DNA of 11,844 nt. Source: a bacterium. Its GTDB lineage: Bacteria > Zhuqueibacterota > Zhuqueibacteria > Oceanimicrobiales > Oceanimicrobiaceae. Under the pieces are notes generated by a model. That model had not been told where the DNA came from, ran no database searches, and saw only the letters and a list, made by a program, of their open reading frames with translations. This document shows, one piece after another, positions 6,146-11,844 of the stretch (its first letter is position 1; each line of letters starts with the position of its first letter). The stretch lies in contig JBHHXN010000160.1 in the NCBI GenBank assembly GCA_046757025.1, positions 1 to 11,844 of the forward strand, in the 5' to 3' direction. Position numbers and translations under genes: made by a program.

Positions 6146-7465
6146 ATGAAATCATCAGAAATGAAACGCAAAAAATCAAAAGAACAGTATCGCATGCGCA
6201 CCCACCTAATACACGGAAATTTCGAGAGCAAGAAGTGGGATTACGACCACCACATCAATCCTCCCATGTCCACTTCGGCCATGTACCGCTTGAGCTCGGC
6301 CCAGCGCGGCGCCCAGGGTTTTTTTGAGTTTGCCAGCGAAAGCGTTGACCACACGCAGCACATCCCCATCTACATTTACGATCGTCTTGACGAGCCCAGC
6401 CGCGGCATGCTCGAGGAGAACCTCGCTTATGCGGAGAGGGGGGAAATGTGTCTGACTTTCGCCACCGGCATGGCGGCCATCAGTGCAGCGGTTTGTATTT
6501 TATGTGAACAGGGACATGAGATCGTCGCCCACCAGGTGACCTACGGCTGTACTTACAGTCTGTTCAACAACTGGCTGCCGCGGTTTGGCATCCAAACCCG
6601 GTGGACGGATGTCAACAACGAGGAGGCGCTGCGACAGGCGATTACCGACAAAACGCGTGTGCTGTATTTTGAAACCCCCATCAATCCGACCTTGACTCTG
6701 GTGGATATTGCTGCCATGCGTAAAATCGTTGATGAAATCAACAGTCGGCGTCCAAAGGAAAAACACATCAAAATCATTGTGGACAACACGTTTGCTTCAC
6801 CCTATTGCCAGCGCCCCTTGGAGCTGGGCGCCAATTTTTCCGTGCAAAGCTTGACCAAAGGAGTCAGCGGTTATGGCACCGATATGGGCGGCGCGATTGT
6901 GACTCAAAAGAAATACTACGGCCAGCTCATGCTTTACCGCAAAGATTTTGGCGGGGTCCTCAATCCCAAAAGCGCCTGGGTCTTCCTGGTGTACGGGTTG
7001 CCCTCACTGGCCACACGCTTTACCAATCAAATCAAAACCGCGCAGCACGTGGCCAAATTCCTGCGTGAACACCCCAAAGTCGAGAAAGTGGTGTACCCGG
7101 GCTTAGAGGACCATCCGCAGTTCGAATTGGCCAAACGCCAGATGACCAATCCCGATGGTAAGTTTGCGCCGGGCAGTATGATTTATTTCCTACTGAAGGG
7201 TGCCGAAGTCAATGGTAAACAGAGCCCCAGGGTGGAGAAATTTATCGACTACATCGCCGACCACGCCTACTGCATCACCCTGGCCGTCAGTCTGGGCTAC
7301 ATGAAAACGCTGGTGGAAAACGCCTACTCCATGACCCACCAGGCCATGCCCGAGGATGAAAAACGTCGGATGGGCATGGAGCCCGGCGGCATCCGGCTCT
7401 CAGTGGGACTCGAAGACTGGCACGACATCACCGAAGATTTGGGGGATGCTTTAGAGCGCATTTAA
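6146..7465 (+). CDS. PLP-dependent Cys/Met-metabolism (trans-sulfuration family) enzyme, methionine gamma-lyase-like
   Basis: GGAGG RBS. Motifs FATGMAAI, YGCT, FETPINP, VDNTFASP, SLTK (PLP lysine), YPGL, AVSLG, SMTH, IRLSVGLED. The YGCT cysteine is typical of methionine gamma-lyases. Confidence 0.88.
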   Translation: MKSSEMKRKKSKEQYRMRTHLIHGNFESKKWDYDHHINPPMSTSAMYRLSSAQRGAQGFFEFASESVDHTQHIPIYIYDRLDEPSRGMLEENLAYAERGEMCLTFATGMAAISAAVCILCEQGHEIVAHQVTYGCTYSLFNNWLPRFGIQTRWTDVNNEEALRQAITDKTRVLYFETPINPTLTLVDIAAMRKIVDEINSRRPKEKHIKIIVDNTFASPYCQRPLELGANFSVQSLTKGVSGYGTDMGGAIVTQKKYYGQLMLYRKDFGGVLNPKSAWVFLVYGLPSLATRFTNQIKTAQHVAKFLREHPKVEKVVYPGLEDHPQFELAKRQMTNPDGKFAPGSMIYFLLKGAEVNGKQSPRVEKFIDYIADHAYCITLAVSLGYMKTLVENAYSMTHQAMPEDEKRRMGMEPGGIRLSVGLEDWHDITEDLGDALERI

Positions 7466-7495
7466 CAATTTTCAGACGGTAGTGTCAAAAGTTCT

Positions 7496-8017
7496 ATGAA
7501 CAAGACCGGAGCAGGAAATTTGCTGCCATTGTTATTTACGGTGTTATGGCTTTGCAGCCAATTGAATCAGGCTGTTGCCCAGGAGGAATCGGAAAAACGA
7601 AAATTTGGCATCTCGGCTTCGCTGCAAAGCAGCCAATTTGATATTCTCCTGCCATTCTGGTTGGATGATAAAACCGTCATCGCGCCGGCCGTCAACGTGG
7701 TTTTTATTGAAGACGGTGCCACCGACTTGGGTATTGGTATTGCCCCGAGTATTTATCTTCGCACTGCAAAAGCGGCTCCTTATATAAGCGCACGGGTTGG
7801 GAGCTTCCTCAACAATATAGAAGGTGGAAACTCAACCACTGATTGGCTGCTGGGATTGGCGTTTGGCGGGGAATATTTTTTCGATCCAAAATTCAGCATT
7901 GATGTGGAAACGCAGGTGAATGCCACCATTTCAGACGCCGGTTCTTTGCGATTTGGGAATCCCGGTGGCTTTAATTTGAATACCGGCACTGCCGTCATTG
8001 CCAGTATTTATTTTTGA
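7496..8017 (+). CDS. Small outer-membrane beta-barrel protein
   Basis: Signal peptide ending AVA|QEE; alternating amphipathic strands (APYISARVG, GLAFGGEYFFDPKFSIDVETQV); C-terminal aromatic ..IASIYF. Confidence 0.8.
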   Translation: MNKTGAGNLLPLLFTVLWLCSQLNQAVAQEESEKRKFGISASLQSSQFDILLPFWLDDKTVIAPAVNVVFIEDGATDLGIGIAPSIYLRTAKAAPYISARVGSFLNNIEGGNSTTDWLLGLAFGGEYFFDPKFSIDVETQVNATISDAGSLRFGNPGGFNLNTGTAVIASIYF

Positions 8018-8098
8018 TTGAATTCACAAAAATAAGAGTTACTGTTCTGAATCCGCTCTATTATAACTGTAAGAGATATTTTCACGCTTCATTCTTAG

Positions 8099-9226
8099 AT
8101 GGCAAAAAAGAGATTACTCATTCTGGGCGGTTATGGCAACACCGGCCGGCATATCTGCCGCCTGTTGCTGCAAGAGACCGATGTCGAGCTCATGCTCGGC
8201 GGCCGCAGTCCTGATAAAGCGCATCAGGCTGCAGATGAGTTGAACCGGGAGATTGATGGAAAACGGGCAGCCGGAATGTGCGTCGATGCCTCTCTCCAGA
8301 AAAGCCTGCAAGCCGCTTTTCAAGATGTCGATATGATTATCGCGGCCTCTTCGACTGCCGAATATGCTCGACTTACCGCAGAAGCCGCTTTGAGCTGCGA
8401 CATAGATTACCTGGATATTCACTTCTCGCCTGACAAAGTTCGTGAGCTGCAGTCTCTGAAGCACAATATCCAAAAAGCCGGCCGTTGTTTTATTACGGAG
8501 GCCGGATTTCATCCGGGCTTGCCCGCCGCGCTTATTCGACATGCCGCAAAGCTATTCACGGAAATTGACAGTGCCTGTGTCGGCAGTTTGATTCTACAAA
8601 AAATCCCCACATGGGATTCCGTGACCGAAATAGTTAACGCCTACAAAAATTACAACGGCCAATTTTATGAAAACGGCAGATGGCGCAAGTTTGAGTCACG
8701 TAAATTCGATTTTGGCAATGAATTCGGAAAGCGCACCTGCTATTCTCTGTTTTTAGAAGAATTGCGACAAATTCCACAAGTATTGCCAGCCCTCACCAAA
8801 GCCGGTTTTTATATGGCGGGATTTAACTGGTTTGTGGATTGGTTTTTTACGCCTGCTGCCATGCTCTCTTTAAAAATCTGGCCGCGAATAGCCATTAACC
8901 CCCTGGCAGCTTGCCTGCGTTGGGGGATCAACACTTTTTCTTCTCCGCCTTTTGGCACGCTGCTGAAAGTGGAAGCACACGGCGTAAAAAATGGCCAAAA
9001 GGCGTCTTTCGAAATGCGCCTTTTTAATGAAGACGCTTATCTTTTCACCGCGATCGCGGTCGTGGCCTGTTTGCTGCAATATCTGGATGGCCGCATTCTA
9101 AAACCCGGTCTCTGGATGATGGGGCAAGTGGTGGAGCCACGGCGGCTCTTGAAAGACATGAAACGCATGGGCATTGAAATAACCGAAAAAATGGAGGGCG
9201 CCGATGCCGTCAACGCTAAACGTTGA
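8099..9226 (+). CDS. Saccharopine dehydrogenase-like NAD(P)-binding oxidoreductase
   Basis: N-terminal Rossmann motif ILGGYGNTG, plus GGRS, DYLDI and AGFHPGLP motifs typical of the family; substrate unknown. Confidence 0.82.
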   Translation: MAKKRLLILGGYGNTGRHICRLLLQETDVELMLGGRSPDKAHQAADELNREIDGKRAAGMCVDASLQKSLQAAFQDVDMIIAASSTAEYARLTAEAALSCDIDYLDIHFSPDKVRELQSLKHNIQKAGRCFITEAGFHPGLPAALIRHAAKLFTEIDSACVGSLILQKIPTWDSVTEIVNAYKNYNGQFYENGRWRKFESRKFDFGNEFGKRTCYSLFLEELRQIPQVLPALTKAGFYMAGFNWFVDWFFTPAAMLSLKIWPRIAINPLAACLRWGINTFSSPPFGTLLKVEAHGVKNGQKASFEMRLFNEDAYLFTAIAVVACLLQYLDGRILKPGLWMMGQVVEPRRLLKDMKRMGIEITEKMEGADAVNAKR

Positions 9227-9488
9227 CCTGATGGTGCTGGTGGGTGTGATCCTGCTCATCTTCTTTTTTTGCGGCTGGATCATCAAACGCGACTGGATCG
9301 ACAAAAAACAAATTACCTCCGGAGCGCAATTTACCGGCGAAAATGTTTTGCTGCAGTATCAAAATGAAGATAAAAAACACGCGCTGGAGCATGTCATCTA
9401 CATGCGAGACCAGGAGGAAGTCAACGACGAAGAGGGTGAGGACATCAGTCGATTGCCCGCCAGGAACAAGAAAAAAGCTAAAGGATGA
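9204..9488 (+). CDS. Small single-pass membrane protein, hypothetical
   Basis: GGAGGG just upstream of ATG 9204; overlaps the previous gene by 23 nt; N-terminal hydrophobic helix (LMVLVGVILLIFFFCGWII) followed by KR and an acidic/basic tail. Confidence 0.65.
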   Translation: MPSTLNVDLMVLVGVILLIFFFCGWIIKRDWIDKKQITSGAQFTGENVLLQYQNEDKKHALEHVIYMRDQEEVNDEEGEDISRLPARNKKKAKG

Positions 9489-9553
9489 CAGGAATGCCCA
9501 TTCAGATTAGCCGCTTTTTTTCTGGAATTGGAAACTTCTGGGGGCGAATGCTT

Positions 9554-10813
9554 TTATGACAAGAAATGCGCCACTTTGTTGAAACCGTTTTCTTTTAACG
9601 ATTGATCCCAGCGTTCCAGCAGGTAATATTTTTCTCCTTCAAACACGCGATTGATGTTTTCTAAATAGAGCTCGGCATCCCTGGTGTTCATGCTGGCCGT
9701 TTTGTTCACAAAAGATAACGTGCGCGAATGGTAAAACGGAATGAGGGCTTGCAGCAACTCGGAGCGTTCGACTTTCTGACTGCGGTAGGCAATGGCAAAA
9801 TCGAATACGATGCGCGCCCAAACGTTGCTGGGAAAATAAAACTCATCACAGGTCATTTGCTGCAGGCGTTCTACCACCTGCCAATTTTGTAAAGACAACA
9901 CCGACTGCCAGAGGTCGTGGTATTTTTTCAGCCCCGATTTAAATGAGTTGTGCAAACGTGTACGATTGACTTTTACTTCCGGCGGATCGATATTTTGACC
10001 GAGCCCAAAACCGTAAATGATGCTGGGTCGGGACTTAAAGGTGTCTTTCCAGAGATATTCGAAATCGATCATCAATTGAAAAATCGTTCCCACTACCTGC
10101 AGAAACATGGGTCCTAAATCGCTGCCGGGGTCCTTGGCGCGATGAGATTTGGGCGAACCCATAAAGGTCTGGCAAATGTTAAAATGCCGGCCCAGGGCGA
10201 TGGTGGTCATCCAGACGTCGATGCCAAAATTGGAAACATCTTCGGACCAGGTTTTTTCAACCAGGTAGCAGCGTGCTAATTTGCCGGATACACCGAAATC
10301 GCCGCCGATGGGCTGCCGAACCCGCAAACCGTACAGAGTACGCAGCATGGGGTACGCGATGTTATTGGTGATGGTGCCGTCGTATTTGTGCCGAATATAG
10401 ATGGGCACCACGTAGTCGTAACCGTCGAAAAGCGGCAGGGAGAGGTGCTCGATCCACTCAGGAGTGATGCTCTTCAGATCGGCGTCCAACATGATGATGG
10501 CTTTGGCGCGCAGCTCAACCGCCACTTCAAATAAATTGCACACGTTCAGCCCCTTGCCTTTTTTGTTTTTCGGTGTGGAAACGTAGATTTTCGGCACTTT
10601 GGTCGGTGTGTTCAAAAACGCTTTTTTGGTATTGTCGGGAGAGTGATTGTCCACATTGATTATCACCGACGATTTATTTGGATAAAATTCCATGAGGCCC
10701 TTGCTGGCGATGTCCACCGGAATGGCGATGGAATCCGCTTCGTTGTACGATGGCACACCCACGACGATATCTGCTGAGGTAATACGGTCTGGATTCTCAA
10801 GTTGATCAATCAT
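9554..10813 (-). CDS. GT-A glycosyltransferase, glucosylglycerate synthase / mannosylglycerate synthase-like
   Basis: 419-aa ORF with VGVPSYNE, GKG, DAD (DxD), RHKYDGTITN, RQPIGGDFG and FGIDVWMT motifs, recalled from single-step glycosylglycerate synthases; sugar donor not determinable. Confidence 0.75.
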   Translation of the reverse strand: MIDQLENPDRITSADIVVGVPSYNEADSIAIPVDIASKGLMEFYPNKSSVIINVDNHSPDNTKKAFLNTPTKVPKIYVSTPKNKKGKGLNVCNLFEVAVELRAKAIIMLDADLKSITPEWIEHLSLPLFDGYDYVVPIYIRHKYDGTITNNIAYPMLRTLYGLRVRQPIGGDFGVSGKLARCYLVEKTWSEDVSNFGIDVWMTTIALGRHFNICQTFMGSPKSHRAKDPGSDLGPMFLQVVGTIFQLMIDFEYLWKDTFKSRPSIIYGFGLGQNIDPPEVKVNRTRLHNSFKSGLKKYHDLWQSVLSLQNWQVVERLQQMTCDEFYFPSNVWARIVFDFAIAYRSQKVERSELLQALIPFYHSRTLSFVNKTASMNTRDAELYLENINRVFEGEKYYLLERWDQSLKENGFNKVAHFLS

Positions 10814-10983
10814 GGCTTTAACCAGTGGCTAGTTTTGAGTTCGGTTGCTTGTTCAGTTAACAAAATAATTAACCATAATAAAACAATTTCCTTTCAATAG
10901 CAAGATAAAACTGCGCATTTCCGTGACTGACTTATTACGCATTCACTGCTATTTAGTGCCTGAACAAAAACTCCCCAACGTTC

Positions 10984-11004
10984 AGCGGGACCGCTCGCAA
11001 TGAC
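10984..11004. repeat. Possible remnant half of a REP-like repeat (AGCGG-GA-CCGCT overlapping CTCGCAATGAC)
   Basis: CTCGCAATGAC (10994-11004) is recalled as one arm of widespread GTCATTGCGAG..CTCGCAATGAC extragenic repeats; no partner arm nearby. Confidence 0.3.
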
Positions 11005-11234
11005 ATCATCCTCTTTGATTTCTTAAGTTTTCGTTCAAACATAATTTATCCTGAATAATGCATAGCCACGAAGTCACAAACTATTGTAAATATTGTGTAA
11101 AAGAGAATTCAAAAGATTACATCAGAAAACTCAGCTTTAAACTCATGCGTGTACGGTTATCCAATTTACTCAGAAAGTGTCATTCTGCTATATTGAAAAG
11201 CAAGCCATTTTTCCATAATTTATTGAAATACAAA

Positions 11235-11343
11235 TGCTTTTCTTCTTTCGAAGAGCACTTTTCGTTTTGTTTTACACCGTTTTTGTGTAGAACAAAACGA
11301 GAAGGTCTTGTTCGTTCGTGTTTTTTCGATCGAACAATTTTTT
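11235..11343 (+). ncRNA. Candidate structured RNA: three consecutive hairpins followed by a U-tract
   Basis: Stems 11235-11242/11250-11257, 11258-11277/11285-11304 and 11308-11318/11327-11337, then T6 at 11338-11343. The non-Watson-Crick pairs in the first two stems are all U-G on the + strand. Confidence 0.4.
11308..11343 (+). terminator. Intrinsic-terminator-like hairpin plus T-run
   Basis: TTGTTCGTTCG / CGATCGAACAA (11 bp, 1 mismatch, 8-nt loop) followed directly by TTTTTT. Confidence 0.45.
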
Positions 11344-11529
11344 CACAAACGGGATATTTATGCGCTTATTTTTGACTGTCTGCTATTCGTGGTCCACCTT
11401 TCAAAGTGGCCGACAATTTCTTTATTCGTAAAAACAAAGAAATACATGACACCGCATACTGAAGACAAGGTTATTCACTCAGTGAGTCAACACAATTAGA
11501 ATGACACCGCGGTTGTCTGGTTATAAACC

Positions 11530-11766
11530 TAGCGCGGCGGAGCCGCAAATGTTTAAATGACTTGCTTTGTTGTGGTCCAAACCATGGTGCTATTATCAGC
11601 CGTCATTAAGCCTCGCTGTCATTGACAGAGGTGAATTATTGCTGCTGTCTAAAATGACGCCAAAGGCAAATGACCTGATGACTTTATGACGGGTCGTGTC
11701 ATTCACTTCGCGTCATTTAGCCATTTTCTTGTAAAAAAATGCAAAAGTTCAGAAGTAATACTATAA
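11530..11766. repeat. 237-bp dispersed structured repeat, copy 2
   Basis: Direct copy of 53-289 with 2 substitutions. Confidence 0.95.
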
Positions 11767-11844
11767 AATCGCGCAAAAAAGTCAGTTTAAAATTAACAAA
11801 CGCCGATGACCTATTCTGTGCCATCGAGCAAACACCGTCTGAGA

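Noticed and set aside
9489..9553. Bidirectional terminator between convergent genes
   Set aside because: A T-run is present but no convincing stem lies adjacent to it.
11191..11230. TATTGAAA repeated at 11191 and 11221, resembling CRISPR repeat 3' ends
   Set aside because: Only two 8-bp copies 30 bp apart; no full repeat-spacer period and no cas genes.
11058..11499. ORFs 11058-11375 and 11308-11499
   Set aside because: AT-rich, F/K/C-biased translations with no RBS, running through the hairpin cluster.
11446..11510. 10-bp direct repeat ATGACACCGC at 11446 and 11501
   Set aside because: Two short copies with no further structure; compatible with chance.

Overview
Bacterial window, probably from an FCB-group-like lineage (inferred from the 'QNYPNPFNP' C-terminal sorting domains). 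Coding content on the + strand: two tandem paralogous secreted FG-GAP/VCBS-type repeat proteins with C-terminal T9SS-type-A/FlgD-Ig-like sorting domains, a hemerythrin-like (HHE) protein, a methionine gamma-lyase-like PLP enzyme, a small outer-membrane beta-barrel, a saccharopine-dehydrogenase-like oxidoreductase and a small single-TM protein. A convergent glucosylglycerate/mannosylglycerate-synthase-like glycosyltransferase lies on the - strand. The most interesting signals are non-coding. (1) A 237-bp structured element occurs as two direct copies (53-289 and 11530-11766, 2 mismatches) that bracket the whole ~11.2-kb gene block. (2) A 133-bp IS1182-like MITE (456-588) has a TTCA target duplication and sits in the loop of a CAAGC..GCTTG palindrome, a motif it also carries twice internally. 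(3) Three back-to-back hairpins ending in a U-tract (11235-11343) look like an unannotated small RNA or leader. (4) Paired inverted operator-like palindromes lie 104 bp apart upstream of the repeat-protein genes. No transposase, integrase, reverse transcriptase, CRISPR array, tRNA or rRNA was recognised.
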